From the UHGV virus genome UHGV-1361018: a DNA stretch of 47,255 nucleotides. The stretch is one strand, 5' to 3'. A program made the position numbers and the translations under genes. The notes below the pieces were generated by a model that saw nothing but the letters and a program-made list of their open reading frames with translations, was not told the origin of the DNA and did no database searches. The DNA is from a virus. Positions 1 to 9,680 of this stretch are shown here, in pieces (the stretch's first letter is position 1; the number at the start of each line of letters is the position of its first letter).

Positions 1-852
1 GAGAAGGCCAGATTGCACGAATCTTATCTTTCAGGTTATCAGGTATTGATTTTGCCTCTTCCTTCAGGCCTTCCATGCCTTTTGCGGCAGAAAGCTGAAG
101 TCGTGAGCGCCATGACTCAAACTCTTCGTCAACTTTAACGCCAGAGTCCACCCATTTGATGAGTCCGCGACCGTGCGCCTCGCCAATATATCCATGGCGA
201 ACGCTTTCCCGACCAGATTCAAAGAAGATTGGGCGAAGCTCTTCTGGTAACTTGGTGAACTCCTGTATTTTACCGCCATCGTGCATCATCATGCTCACAG
301 TCATTTCGAACATGAAGTCTTTTTCACATACTGGCTGTAACCCAAGTGATACAGGTTCCTTCGGGTTTGCGAAGTCGGTTTTCTGGCGAGCACGGAGACA
401 TACAATGATATGCATATTGCTTTGCAGCATGGCATTCATGAACTTCTTGTGTTCAGCTTTGGCGCGCTTCCAGTCTGCCATCTTTTTCCCGTTAAGCAGA
501 GGCTTTTCAGCAATCTCCGTGCAACTTCCTTCCCCTTCCCATTCGTGCGAACCTGAATCAATAACAAGAACCTTAACGCCAGCAGCCTGAAACTCTTCAA
601 TGGCCTGACGGTAACGTGCGGGGCTGAATGGTGCGTACATATCTGCGTGCAGGAATTTCCCATCAAGGATGTTTGAGTACAGGCGACCTCGCCCATTTTC
701 AGTATCAAGGAAGCCGATTTCTTCCGGTGAATCAACCATCCCACGAGCCAGCTTAAGTGCGCTATATGTTTTGCCGCTACCAGACTGCCCTGAAATACCG
801 ATTACCACGCGAGAACCTGAACGCTCTGCTGGTTTAATATTGAGAATACCCA
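1..852 (-). CDS. Sak4-like RecA-fold ATPase (AAA_24-type), C-terminus runs off window edge
   Basis: Open minus-strand frame from ATG at 852 (RBS GAGGTG) to the window start. Walker A VVIGISGQSGSGKTYS; LDTENG and VLVIDSGSHEWEGEG motifs typical of phage Sak4/AAA_24 recombination ATPases. Not in the ORF track because it has no stop within the window. Confidence 0.6.
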
Positions 853-870
853 TTTGCATCACCTCACTAA

Positions 871-1827
871 TTATAAATTAAATTGCTTCTTGAACCATTC
901 AGGCGTTTCCATTTCGATAACAGGATTGCCCATTGAGTATCCCGGCCATGAATTGGCTTTTTTGCACGCCTTGTAAATTTCCATAGCGCCATGCAACTGA
1001 ATTCGACCTATATGTAATTGCTCCTCCGTCAATCGAATTAACGCAGGAATAAAAGGTGCTTTCTTTTCCTGAACTAAAAGGTTTACCGAACGCGGAGCGT
1101 GACCGTATGCGGCAACAAACATGTCGTGCTGCATTGCCATTTTCATAAAGTAGCCAAGTCGCGCAGCGTGACGGAAAAACTCATCAGGCTTGGCGCTAAC
1201 TGCTGTTTTGTAGTCAATGATGTCTCCACCTTTGGTAAGGCAGTCAAAGCGAACTTTTGCCTTTTCTCCGTAAAGCTCACCGAGAATTGACACTTCAGCA
1301 TAAGCACCAGAAAGAAGACTGCTGTAATAGCTGTTTGCGTGGATTACAGCGCGCATTTGCTGTATTGCGTCATAATCACCACCTTCCAGCATTTGCTTTC
1401 CTGCAGCAGCTTTTTCAGCTTCTTCACGGATAACATCGTAAATCTTCACTGGTTCACCAGTAGCCTGAATGATTTTGATCACATCAGCTTTCGATTTGCC
1501 TGAAAGACCTTTGATTCCTCGTTCTTTCGCCCATGAGTTCATATCCGAAGTCGTTACCAGCACGGTTGGTTTTCCATCTTTGTCTTTTGGAAAATCATCT
1601 ACAACCGGCATGCGTGCATATTCCGCATCGAATCGCTCAGGTTCAAGCAGAGCTGTATGGCTTCCTGTTCCGAAGATAAGTGCTTTTGACTGCTCATCTT
1701 TTTCGTCTTTGTAGCGCCATGCTGCTGGGCAGCGGTCATAAATGTTCCACAAACCAGAGCCATTAATATGCTCGGTGTCAGCGTGGTATTGCTCATTAGT
1801 TAATTCATTATTGAAATAGACTTTCAT
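871..1827 (-). CDS. PD-(D/E)XK exonuclease (RecE/lambda-exo/YqaJ-like recombination nuclease)
   Basis: 318 aa with motif FDCLTKGGDIIDYKT (D...D-x-K). Lies between the Sak4-like ATPase and a VRR-NUC nuclease in one leftward operon. Confidence 0.55.
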   Translation of the reverse strand: MKVYFNNELTNEQYHADTEHINGSGLWNIYDRCPAAWRYKDEKDEQSKALIFGTGSHTALLEPERFDAEYARMPVVDDFPKDKDGKPTVLVTTSDMNSWAKERGIKGLSGKSKADVIKIIQATGEPVKIYDVIREEAEKAAAGKQMLEGGDYDAIQQMRAVIHANSYYSSLLSGAYAEVSILGELYGEKAKVRFDCLTKGGDIIDYKTAVSAKPDEFFRHAARLGYFMKMAMQHDMFVAAYGHAPRSVNLLVQEKKAPFIPALIRLTEEQLHIGRIQLHGAMEIYKACKKANSWPGYSMGNPVIEMETPEWFKKQFNL

Positions 1828-1828
1828 T

Positions 1829-2170
1829 TTATTTACCTAATGCCTTGTTAATTGCAGCATCCATTGATTCAGTATTAAACCCTCCTCTATCTGGCGAATC
1901 AATCCACCACTCATCTGATTCTTCTATGATTTTTCTAGCCTTGATTAGTTCAGCAAGCAACTCAGGTGCCGCAGAAATTAAGTTTGCATTGGCAATAGTC
2001 ACTTCGCGACCATAATCTTCCTCCCAGCCACTAAAACTTTGCAAGTATGCAATCTGCGGCCCATTTGTTGATACTTCAATGCACGTTGATCCATGTCGGT
2101 CGCTTGCGCTATTCTCTTCCCACAACCACTCACCTTTTGTACCTTTAAATTCGTTTCCCATCCTCATCAC
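1829..2170 (-). CDS. hypothetical protein (113 aa)
   Basis: ORF immediately upstream of and translationally coupled to the exonuclease gene; no recognisable motif. Confidence 0.45.
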   Translation of the reverse strand: MMRMGNEFKGTKGEWLWEENSASDRHGSTCIEVSTNGPQIAYLQSFSGWEEDYGREVTIANANLISAAPELLAELIKARKIIEESDEWWIDSPDRGGFNTESMDAAINKALGK

Positions 2171-2199
2171 CTCTCTTGTTATTGTTAGTTGAATCTACA

Positions 2200-2640
2200 T
2201 CAATCCACATCAAAAGGCAAGCCAAAATACGTCAACACTGCAATCTTTATCTGGTCGAGTCCACACGCCACCGCAGAGAATGCACCAGCGCTGGCGCTAT
2301 CGTTGAGAAACGGTATCTGTCCTGGTTGCCATTTGCTAAGCGTTGAATCGTGTCTCTTCAACTCTATCGTCGCTTTATGCCACGCACCACCAGGAGTCAG
2401 GATTATCACATCAGACACCCCTGACCTGACACCTTTCCTTGCGCGCGATGCCAGATGCTGCACTGAGTTGCTTTTAGTCTCCTGAGACGGATGGAACCAC
2501 AGAACATCAGGAAACCGGTAATCCATCCACCACTTGAACGCTATCAAGTCGGAATCCTCAAGCGGGCACTCGCCGCGGTAACCATCATCAAAAATTAATA
2601 CCTTGTCACTCAGCTCATGCTGCTTGAATCGCTTTTTCAC
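2200..2640 (-). CDS. VRR-NUC domain nuclease
   Basis: PD-(D/E)XK-like ...DVIILTPGGAWHKATIELK... Start moved to GTG 2640, which is preceded by AGGAGAGAATA; the track gives a TTG start at 2655. Confidence 0.5.
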   Translation of the reverse strand: MKKRFKQHELSDKVLIFDDGYRGECPLEDSDLIAFKWWMDYRFPDVLWFHPSQETKSNSVQHLASRARKGVRSGVSDVIILTPGGAWHKATIELKRHDSTLSKWQPGQIPFLNDSASAGAFSAVACGLDQIKIAVLTYFGLPFDVD

Positions 2641-4564
2641 TATTCTCTCCTGCAAAATCTTTTCTGTGGATTATGTCGCGACCTTTATCATTAATACGAT
2701 GCGTGATGCGTTTTGGCGCTTTAATCAATCCCGCATACATCATGAACTGCTTGGCGTTCTGGCATTTCAGGATTTTCCCCGCCATTGACTTATCATCAAG
2801 GTGAGGAAAGACCGCCTTTGCCTTGAACATGTTTTTCATGTGAGTTGCGCCGCCGTATGGATAGAAAACCTCATTAGCCCAGCCTTCTTTGCCATCACAA
2901 CGATTAATCCAGTAGCGATATAAAATACCTTCTCCATCCTTCGTTAACTGAACCTTGAAATCCATAACATCAGCCCACTCGTTATCTGTATAAGCACGTT
3001 CATTCAATGCCGCATTCGGGTCGCGCAAAACGTGATCGCAATGTCGGCAATAGCGCGCCGTTGGGTCGTTTTTAGTGCCACATCCATCATCAAAAATCCT
3101 GATTCCGTGCTTGTCAAATCCGCAACGGATGTAACTGAAAAATTCTTCGCAGCGACCATCTGGCGACAATGCATCTTTGCCAATGCAGCGGCGCGCATAT
3201 GGGCTGTTCATTGTTCCGCACTTAGGACACGGGACTTGTTCGCCACTGCGTTTCGAACGTTGCGCTTCAGCCTCTTCCAGAATGGGGTCTTCATAAAGGC
3301 TTCCTAGTTCGAACATTGTTCCAGTGAAATCAAGGCACAAATGGTCTTCCTTGATAAGCCCGGCTTCTATCTGATCCTTTTTTAGTAATCGCATCGGGCG
3401 ACCAAGTAACTGTGTCAGCAATGTCAGAGACATAATTTTTCTCAAAATAACTGACGTATCCCAGTATGGGATATTAACGCCAGTGGTTAGGCACCCTATT
3501 TGCAATGTGTATTTTTTTCTACCAGTGGCAGCATCTTTTAATGCCTTTCTTCTGGCCTTTGGTCCCATATCATCGGTAACAATGGAATAACTTCCTTCTG
3601 GAAGATATTTTGCAGCTTCCTTGCAATGTTTTTTTCCGGCGCAGGTAATAAGCACTCCAAGCCTATCTTTTGTTAACTCCATAACTTTGAGCATGATTTT
3701 TTGCGTCAGCGTTCCCTGCTCAAGTATCTCCTTCTCCATTTGCTTCAGTTGCGCGTCAGTGAAGTCCTGAACACCATCAACTCCACTGCTTTCGAATTCA
3801 TGAAGGTCATATTTCAATTCATCTACGTCAGGCGCGCCGAAAATTGTTGGAACAAGGAAGCCCAAATCAACAAGATATTTTGTACCAATATTAACTATTT
3901 CGTGTTTCCAGTACGGACCCTTAATTGACTCAGTGCCACGGAAAGGGCTTCCAGTGTAACCAATAACAATAACATCGTGACCATGCTTTTCCTTGCATCT
4001 GCGGTTAAGCTCAGTCATTATTACGCCGTATTGTGTTGTTGGCTCACCGCTTACTATATCCTCCCAGTTCATCTGGTGACATTCGTCAACGAGGATATAG
4101 CGAGGAACAAAATCTGAAAGCATTGATTTTTCAGTAACATTTCCATTTTCATCTTTTTTATCAAACAGACCATTTATTATGGTACCCTCAGTGCCAGCAA
4201 TTAAAGGATAAGCAGTTGATTTCCTTCCCAATGAAGCACTAAAAAGTGAATTTTTCACGCTGAGATTCCAAAGCTCCTCAGCATCCTGCTCAATGATCTC
4301 TCCCTGACGTGCAATAACAAGCCCTTCCCATCCCATATCCTGAAATCGGCGCGCAATCATGGCAATCATAATGGTTTTTCCCGCACCTACAGATGCAGTC
4401 ACGAAACTTGGTTTCGGGTCTTTGCCAAACTTGCGGATAATTTCAGCCGTCTTTTCATAAACCAGCCACTGATAAGGTCGTGGCTCAATTTCCCCTGTAT
4501 GAACAACTGACCGCAATTTGTCTATATCCAGCTCCGCAATCATTGCGTCTATTTTATGCGTCAT
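2615..4564 (-). CDS. SF2 (DEAD/DEAH-like) DNA helicase with C-terminal Cys-rich zinc ribbons
   Basis: Walker A ASVGAGKTIM, motif II ILVDECHQ, motif III GYTGSPFRG, motif VI QLLGRPMR. C-terminal CPKCG...C..C / CRHCDH clusters. Confidence 0.75.
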   Translation of the reverse strand: MTHKIDAMIAELDIDKLRSVVHTGEIEPRPYQWLVYEKTAEIIRKFGKDPKPSFVTASVGAGKTIMIAMIARRFQDMGWEGLVIARQGEIIEQDAEELWNLSVKNSLFSASLGRKSTAYPLIAGTEGTIINGLFDKKDENGNVTEKSMLSDFVPRYILVDECHQMNWEDIVSGEPTTQYGVIMTELNRRCKEKHGHDVIVIGYTGSPFRGTESIKGPYWKHEIVNIGTKYLVDLGFLVPTIFGAPDVDELKYDLHEFESSGVDGVQDFTDAQLKQMEKEILEQGTLTQKIMLKVMELTKDRLGVLITCAGKKHCKEAAKYLPEGSYSIVTDDMGPKARRKALKDAATGRKKYTLQIGCLTTGVNIPYWDTSVILRKIMSLTLLTQLLGRPMRLLKKDQIEAGLIKEDHLCLDFTGTMFELGSLYEDPILEEAEAQRSKRSGEQVPCPKCGTMNSPYARRCIGKDALSPDGRCEEFFSYIRCGFDKHGIRIFDDGCGTKNDPTARYCRHCDHVLRDPNAALNERAYTDNEWADVMDFKVQLTKDGEGILYRYWINRCDGKEGWANEVFYPYGGATHMKNMFKAKAVFPHLDDKSMAGKILKCQNAKQFMMYAGLIKAPKRITHRINDKGRDIIHRKDFAGENSEKAIQAA

Positions 4565-4579
4565 AGCAACTAACCTTTG

Positions 4580-4623
4580 TTGATGTTTCTACATCAGTTA
4601 GCTTATACTCAATCTACACCAAC
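4580..4623 (+). promoter_or_regulatory. promoter/operator between the divergent helicase and primase genes
   Basis: Perfect 16-bp palindrome TGATGTTTCTACATCA at 4581-4596 embedded in TTGATG, 18 nt, TATACT (4604-4609). This is followed by AATCTACACCAAC at 4611-4623 around the +1 position. Confidence 0.6.
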
Positions 4624-4639
4624 AATCAAGGGTCAATTT

Positions 4640-5593
4640 ATGAGATACGACTGGAAAGACATTGAGCCAAAAATGCTCGGCAACTGGCAGGCTGCCATCA
4701 TGTCTATCGTCAATGTGGATAGCAGAGTTTTCAATGGCAAGCACCAGCCATGCCCGTCATGCCTTGGCAAAGACAGGTATCGTTTTGACGATAACTTCGA
4801 AACAAAAGGCGATGGAGGGGCAATCTGCAATCAATGCGGTTCAGGCAGCGGCATGAACTGGCTGATGAAACTCTCAGGCATGACCTTCCCTGAAGCACTT
4901 GAGGCGCTGGGAGGATTCCTCAACATGCACCCGCGAGAAAAACTGGAGGCAATCAGGAAGGAGCTGCCGAAGATAAATTACAACGATGATTTCATTACCG
5001 AGCAAGACGTCGCCGCAATTATGGCTAAAACCACGCGTGTCGCGATGAATGAGTGGACGTTGATAAATGGTATTGGTTGCGACGTTAATGTCGTCAGAGG
5101 TAAATCTGGAGAGCTTATTGCGGTTGAGATGGTTCGCGCTGACACAATGAAGCCGTGCAACGTGGCATTCATTGGCATGGATGGTGATGCATTCCGAACA
5201 TTTTATAAAGCAGGATATAACAAAGACTCAGCCATCAACGGCAAACTCACACGCGGCGCGATAAGCACAATCGGAGAAGATAACGGAAAGTTCATTTACC
5301 TGGTATCTGATTATGCCGATGCGTGGAAATGCCATTACTTCACTGGCGCTCATGTCTGGTGTTGCTGGTCGCCGGAAAATATGTGGGAAGTGGTGCGTTC
5401 TGTTAGCGATGAGACGAAGGCGAGGTTACGCTGCATAGTTAATTATAAATTTGACGAGCTGTGCGCTGCGGAAAACGCAGGGCTTCCGGTGATGCTTCCT
5501 GATGATGCTGACACAATCAGGATGGCAAAGAGAATCAGAAGAAAGATTTATGACGCTGGCGAGTTGATAGAGAAAATGTTAGTCAGAAGATAA
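4640..5593 (+). CDS. DNA primase (primase-helicase-type zinc-binding domain + Toprim-like domain)
   Basis: QPCPSCLGKDRYRFDDNFETKGDGGAICNQCGSGSGMNWLM matches the zinc-binding domain of T7 gp4/P4-alpha-type primases. Start set at ATG 4640 (MRYDWK), downstream of the promoter at 4580-4623; the track start at 4577 lies inside that promoter. Confidence 0.6.
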   Translation: MRYDWKDIEPKMLGNWQAAIMSIVNVDSRVFNGKHQPCPSCLGKDRYRFDDNFETKGDGGAICNQCGSGSGMNWLMKLSGMTFPEALEALGGFLNMHPREKLEAIRKELPKINYNDDFITEQDVAAIMAKTTRVAMNEWTLINGIGCDVNVVRGKSGELIAVEMVRADTMKPCNVAFIGMDGDAFRTFYKAGYNKDSAINGKLTRGAISTIGEDNGKFIYLVSDYADAWKCHYFTGAHVWCCWSPENMWEVVRSVSDETKARLRCIVNYKFDELCAAENAGLPVMLPDDADTIRMAKRIRRKIYDAGELIEKMLVRR

Positions 5594-5597
5594 AAGA

Positions 5598-5622
5598 AAC
5601 CCTCCGACTGGAGGGTTTTTGT
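5598..5622 (+). terminator. rho-independent terminator after primase gene
   Basis: CCCTCC-GACT-GGAGGG hairpin followed by TTTTTGTT. Confidence 0.7.
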
Positions 5623-5724
5623 TATTCCTTGAACTCTGTGGTCTCAGTCCAGAAAGCTACATTTCATGGATTTCTCTTTCTCATCACGTATAAAACTTTA
5701 TCTTTCACATCCATTTCCTTTCAC

Positions 5725-5919
5725 TCACTTAATCATCAATTTTGAAATATCAACATAACCAACACAAAATCTGTGCCAGTAATCATCAAGCACGTGGTAA
5801 TTAGAGCGAATCCATGCTTTGTTCATTCCACTCCAGAAAAACCATGTCGAATAACCATGCGGTCTGAAATGCCATGAACCTTCTGAGCGGCAAATTTCGC
5901 CTGATATTGTTCTCATTTT
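5725..5919 (-). CDS. hypothetical protein (~64 aa)
   Basis: Minus-strand ORF coupled to the 543-aa gene; internal Met start chosen to avoid an 88-nt overlap. Confidence 0.3.
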   Translation of the reverse strand, partial: KMRTISGEICRSEGSWHFRPHGYSTWFFWSGMNKAWIRSNYHVLDDYWHRFCVGYVDISKLMIK

Positions 5920-7544
5920 AAGTTCCTCATAAATCTCATTCTCTTCATTGCTGATGACAGGATATTCCTGACTGATGAGTTCATTCGCAAACCAGACCAT
6001 GAGCCGCCACCAGAAAGCCTGATATTGGATGGATTTTCAGGGTCCAACTCTATTGGTGAATGCCTGTTTTCAGATATCGCAATGATGACCTCGTAAGTAA
6101 ATTTATCCGGCGTAACCTGAATTGAGTTTGAATCGGCAGCTGAAATTATCTTACTGATTCTGTCGCGACAAAGTTTGTTTTTGACAACTGAAATATAAGG
6201 CTTTTCAGCGAAAGCCTTTGATTCAATGCATTTTTTAACCTTCATAACAATGTTGTCCCACTCAGTGTTTTCAAGGCCATCAAACTCTGCTTCTCCCTCC
6301 AGATAATCACGCAGGTCGTACATGCTGTTCATTACGGTTGCATACGCCCATTCAATATGGCATTCCTTTATCTGCGGAGTCATGCCATTGCGCGATGATA
6401 AATCAGCAAATGCACAAAGAGTCGCAAGCTCAATAACCATCTGAGCAGAGCGAGGGCCGACGCTACCAATTACACCGGGAATGTTGCTTGACTTGTCTAT
6501 GCGCCTGCGCAACATCTCATAGTATTTCGAAACGCCATCATTTGCATATTCCACATTAAAGAATCCACCTGGAATTCTTGGTTTCCATTCGTTTATTATT
6601 GTTTTATTTATTTCCATGTCAGGAGTATTCTTAAGTTCTGGCATGTGTTCATGACCTTTAATGAAAAGAGATCTCCCCATGCCGCCATCCTTTTCCCATC
6701 TCCTTACTGTTGCGATACCCTGCTCTGGGGTCACAGTTATGAACGGAATGAACCTTACGTTCTGTATTCCTTTCTCGTTAATGCACAGGTCATAACATTG
6801 CATGGCGTGATTTAATCTTCTTCCAATGTCATGGTTCATTTTTGCAAGCCGACGATAATCTATCGCGCCATCTGATTCACCGATGCGAGGTATCATCCAC
6901 CCCTGAGCCTGCGCGGCAGAGAGTATTAACTTCGGGTTTTGAGCACTAGCAAGCTTCTCCTGAAACAATGTAACAACAGGTGACTCAGGAAACCAGTCAC
7001 CACTAATGGACGTCCTGAACCATGAGGCAGTTTCACCAAGCGGAGAGCGCGTATCTGACCAAGCCTGAAGATGTTCAGGGCAGTCATCTGCGATATAAAG
7101 CAAGAAACCATCAGCCTCAATGAGACGCTCTTTAATTTGTCGCAATGATGTTACGGTGCTTTTTGATACGCGCGGAGTTATTCCAAGATTCTCTGAGTAA
7201 GCCTTAACAAAATCAGATGGAGCACCCTTACCTGCGCCAGAACGCCCAACAATAAATGTCCCCGTGGCACACTTGTTTTTTGCGCTTGGGCCAATTATGT
7301 ATCTGCCAGCCATCACCTGAGCAAGCGCGATAGCACCCGGCAATCTGTAAACCTCTCCCTCTTCGCGATTTTCGAAATGATTCTCTATCTCGCACATGAA
7401 TTCACCAAGAGAGCCTGGAGGGATTTTGTATCCTTCACGGAATTCTGGCACGTCAATTTCATCAAGTGGATTTCCAGAATCAGGCTTACCTGTTGGCTTC
7501 AGAGATTCCTTTAGTTCAATGATTTGCTTTGAATCAGTCATCAC
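5913..7544 (-). CDS. large hypothetical protein (543 aa), putative replication-associated/origin-proximal protein
   Basis: Long ORF with coupled neighbours (ATGA overlap with the 92-aa ORF). Lies between the primase and the iteron region. Contains GRSGAGKG, which is not a canonical P-loop. Function not recognisable from sequence. Confidence 0.5.
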   Translation of the reverse strand: MMTDSKQIIELKESLKPTGKPDSGNPLDEIDVPEFREGYKIPPGSLGEFMCEIENHFENREEGEVYRLPGAIALAQVMAGRYIIGPSAKNKCATGTFIVGRSGAGKGAPSDFVKAYSENLGITPRVSKSTVTSLRQIKERLIEADGFLLYIADDCPEHLQAWSDTRSPLGETASWFRTSISGDWFPESPVVTLFQEKLASAQNPKLILSAAQAQGWMIPRIGESDGAIDYRRLAKMNHDIGRRLNHAMQCYDLCINEKGIQNVRFIPFITVTPEQGIATVRRWEKDGGMGRSLFIKGHEHMPELKNTPDMEINKTIINEWKPRIPGGFFNVEYANDGVSKYYEMLRRRIDKSSNIPGVIGSVGPRSAQMVIELATLCAFADLSSRNGMTPQIKECHIEWAYATVMNSMYDLRDYLEGEAEFDGLENTEWDNIVMKVKKCIESKAFAEKPYISVVKNKLCRDRISKIISAADSNSIQVTPDKFTYEVIIAISENRHSPIELDPENPSNIRLSGGGSWSGLRMNSSVRNILSSAMKRMRFMRNLK

Positions 7545-7819
7545 AGGACTCTCCAGATATACATGAATTTTTTGCTTTCACTGGTTTTTGTTTTGATGAC
7601 CATGCCTTGTTCATTGGCTATTCTGGTGCAGTAAGACCTGAACATGTTGTGCGTCATTCGGTACTTTTCATCAATAACCACGGAACGGCAATTCTCCTTG
7701 TCTCCTTTGATGATTTCGCTTGAATATTCATTCTCGAAGTGAATACCAACCAGCTCGCCAGATTTCATTGAAGATAACAGCTCGTATGCAAACATTAATT
7801 TAGTGCCATCTGGGTACAT
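7541..7819 (-). CDS. hypothetical protein (92 aa), first gene leftward of the origin region
   Basis: ORF translationally coupled to the 543-aa gene. Confidence 0.45.
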   Translation of the reverse strand: MYPDGTKLMFAYELLSSMKSGELVGIHFENEYSSEIIKGDKENCRSVVIDEKYRMTHNMFRSYCTRIANEQGMVIKTKTSESKKFMYIWRVL

Positions 7820-7910
7820 TCAGCCCTCCTTTTGTCATGTAAAAAATATACATGAATATTATGTACACGTCAATGACAGCAAGATAATGGATTCACTTAC
7901 GCATCTTTAC

Positions 7911-8275
7911 AGTAGTTACCGGAGTTACCGGGTTTTTACCTGGCAGTTACCGACGCAAGCTATTGATAAATATAGAGTTACCGGAGTTACCGGATTTTTT
8001 GCATATAAGTCTATAAAAATTTCAAAAATGAGAATTTGCATAAAAATTGAATAAAATGCTTATAAATCATATATATAATAAGAAATTCAACCCTTTTATA
8101 TATGTAAGGAGTTACCCGGTAAATCCGGTAACTCGCCTGAGAGCCTTGGTACATGCGGGTTTCAAGTTACCGGACGTCCGGTAACTCCGGTAACTTTTTG
8201 ATGGTAAAATGGCATAAAAACAACATAAGCAATTGATTTGTAACAGTTACCGGTTTTTATGCTCCTGGTTACCTG
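7911..8275. repeat. iteron array: about 12 copies of GTTACCGG in direct and inverted orientation with an AT-rich stretch; putative origin of replication
   Basis: GTTACCGGAGTTACCGG at 7915-7932 and 7977-7994. Inverted GTTACCCGGTAA...CCGGTAAC at 8111-8133. A 20-bp perfect palindrome GTTACCGGACGTCCGGTAAC at 8166-8185. Further copies at 7946, 8186, 8246 and 8268. AT-rich 8040-8100. Confidence 0.6.
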
Positions 8276-8361
8276 ATTTTGCGTGATTTGGGTAAATTGA
8301 TATTGACGTAGAATAACCATTGATGTAGATTGAACTCATCGAAACAAACTATGGTGAAGAG

Positions 8362-8577
8362 ATGAGTAATAAAAAAACTGAGTTCAGCGCATCAATGAAA
8401 AACAAAAGTGGTGATGACATCATGATTACAGCCAAGTTTAACCGTGTAGAGCTGGAGACTGAGAATGCCTTCATGTTTATGACACCAGAGCAGGCAACAG
8501 AACTTGCAGGAATTCTTTTATCAGCGGCCGAAGTAGCCAATGAGCAGTTAGGGTTAGCGCAGCAACAAAAAAACTAA
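8362..8577 (+). CDS. hypothetical early protein (71 aa)
   Basis: First ORF of the rightward early block, downstream of a motif promoter at 8303-8335. Confidence 0.45.
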   Translation: MSNKKTEFSASMKNKSGDDIMITAKFNRVELETENAFMFMTPEQATELAGILLSAAEVANEQLGLAQQQKN

Positions 8578-8591
8578 ACGAGGGTGAAGGG

Positions 8592-8771
8592 ATGAAAGAA
8601 GAAAGCACGTACAGCATCGACCAGATGAAGTTATTCAGCGATATATGCATGGCATTGTCGCAGCAGGTTCCAAGCCTTCCTGCTGATATGCGCTCAAATG
8701 CAATCATTGATGCAGCAGACATGATTTGCGAGGCTTATGCGATGACTGAAGATGAATATAAGGCTTCATAA
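8592..8771 (+). CDS. hypothetical early protein (59 aa)
   Basis: ATG preceded by GGGTGAAGGG; tightly packed with neighbours. Confidence 0.4.
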   Translation: MKEESTYSIDQMKLFSDICMALSQQVPSLPADMRSNAIIDAADMICEAYAMTEDEYKAS

Positions 8772-8774
8772 AAA

Positions 8775-8969
8775 ATGACAAGAGTGAAAGCTATCGAGGT
8801 AGAAGAGACATGTCGTTATGTGACGGTTGGCAAAGTATATGATTGCCACGATTACTTGCCTAAGAAAGGGCTTGTATTTTTAATCGGAGATAGAGGGTAT
8901 GAAGTTATTGGTAAGATTTCAAACGAAAAAGACGCACATGGCGTTAAATGGGAGTTGGTGAAGAAATGA
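8775..8969 (+). CDS. hypothetical early protein (64 aa)
   Basis: ORF in the packed early block. Confidence 0.4.
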   Translation: MTRVKAIEVEETCRYVTVGKVYDCHDYLPKKGLVFLIGDRGYEVIGKISNEKDAHGVKWELVKK

Positions 8970-9065
8970 CAGGCGCAAAACTCGAGCTTATAGCCAGTCT
9001 GGTTATCGTGGCATTCATCATTATCGCAGTGGCAGTTTCTAAATCAGGGTATGAGGAGTAACAGA

Positions 9066-9224
9066 ATGAGCAACAAACCAATCCAACCAACAGAAGAAAT
9101 GATTGAGGCAGGTATTCGTGAAGTTATTGAAAACTTCGATATCGACTACCTCACTGATGATGAGCTAAGCGATGCAGTTGTGTTCATCTGGCAGGCAATG
9201 TATCAGGCGCACGTGGAGAAATAA
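9066..9224 (+). CDS. hypothetical early protein (52 aa)
   Basis: ATG preceded by GGAGTAACAGA; acidic small protein. Confidence 0.35.
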   Translation: MSNKPIQPTEEMIEAGIREVIENFDIDYLTDDELSDAVVFIWQAMYQAHVEK

Positions 9225-9227
9225 CAA

Positions 9228-9410
9228 ATGGCAAAGACTATCTATCGTCGCGAGAAGCTGGAGCAGGAACTCGGTCACGTTGGCGCGCAGAACTTTATGA
9301 GCAAGCAGGCACGCAATGCAATGGAATCTATCCGCGTGAATCGCGTTGTGCGCGTGTTTAATGGTGAAGGCAAGCGCAGAGTAATGGATGAGCTGATTAT
9401 CGTGTTCTGA
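9228..9410 (+). CDS. hypothetical early protein (60 aa)
   Basis: ORF in the early block. Confidence 0.4.
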   Translation: MAKTIYRREKLEQELGHVGAQNFMSKQARNAMESIRVNRVVRVFNGEGKRRVMDELIIVF

Positions 9411-9446
9411 CATCGATTCAGCGCTCTTATTTTTAATGGCGATGAT

Positions 9447-9680
9447 ATGGAAAAAGTAAAAACATACGAGTTCTGGTTTACGGGGAACAAAATGTATGCA
9501 AGCAGGACAATCAAGCGAGTGCACTGGTGGAATAAGTGGTTAATCCTGTCCGGCTGCATTGTGCTGGCAAAGTGCAAATTCAAAGCGATTGACATCACAG
9601 ATGAAGATGCGCTCACAATCGCAAATATTGAGTTTGAAGAAGATGGTTATTACGAAGAAATTATGGGGGTTAGGGTGTGA
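9447..9680 (+). CDS. hypothetical early protein (77 aa)
   Basis: ORF; its stop overlaps the next gene's start (GTGA). Confidence 0.4.
   Translation: MEKVKTYEFWFTGNKMYASRTIKRVHWWNKWLILSGCIVLAKCKFKAIDITDEDALTIANIEFEEDGYYEEIMGVRV

Noticed and set aside
156-590. 144-aa plus-strand ORF
   Set aside because: Lies fully antisense to the clearly coding Sak4-like ATPase frame, which has a P-loop and family motifs; shadow ORF.
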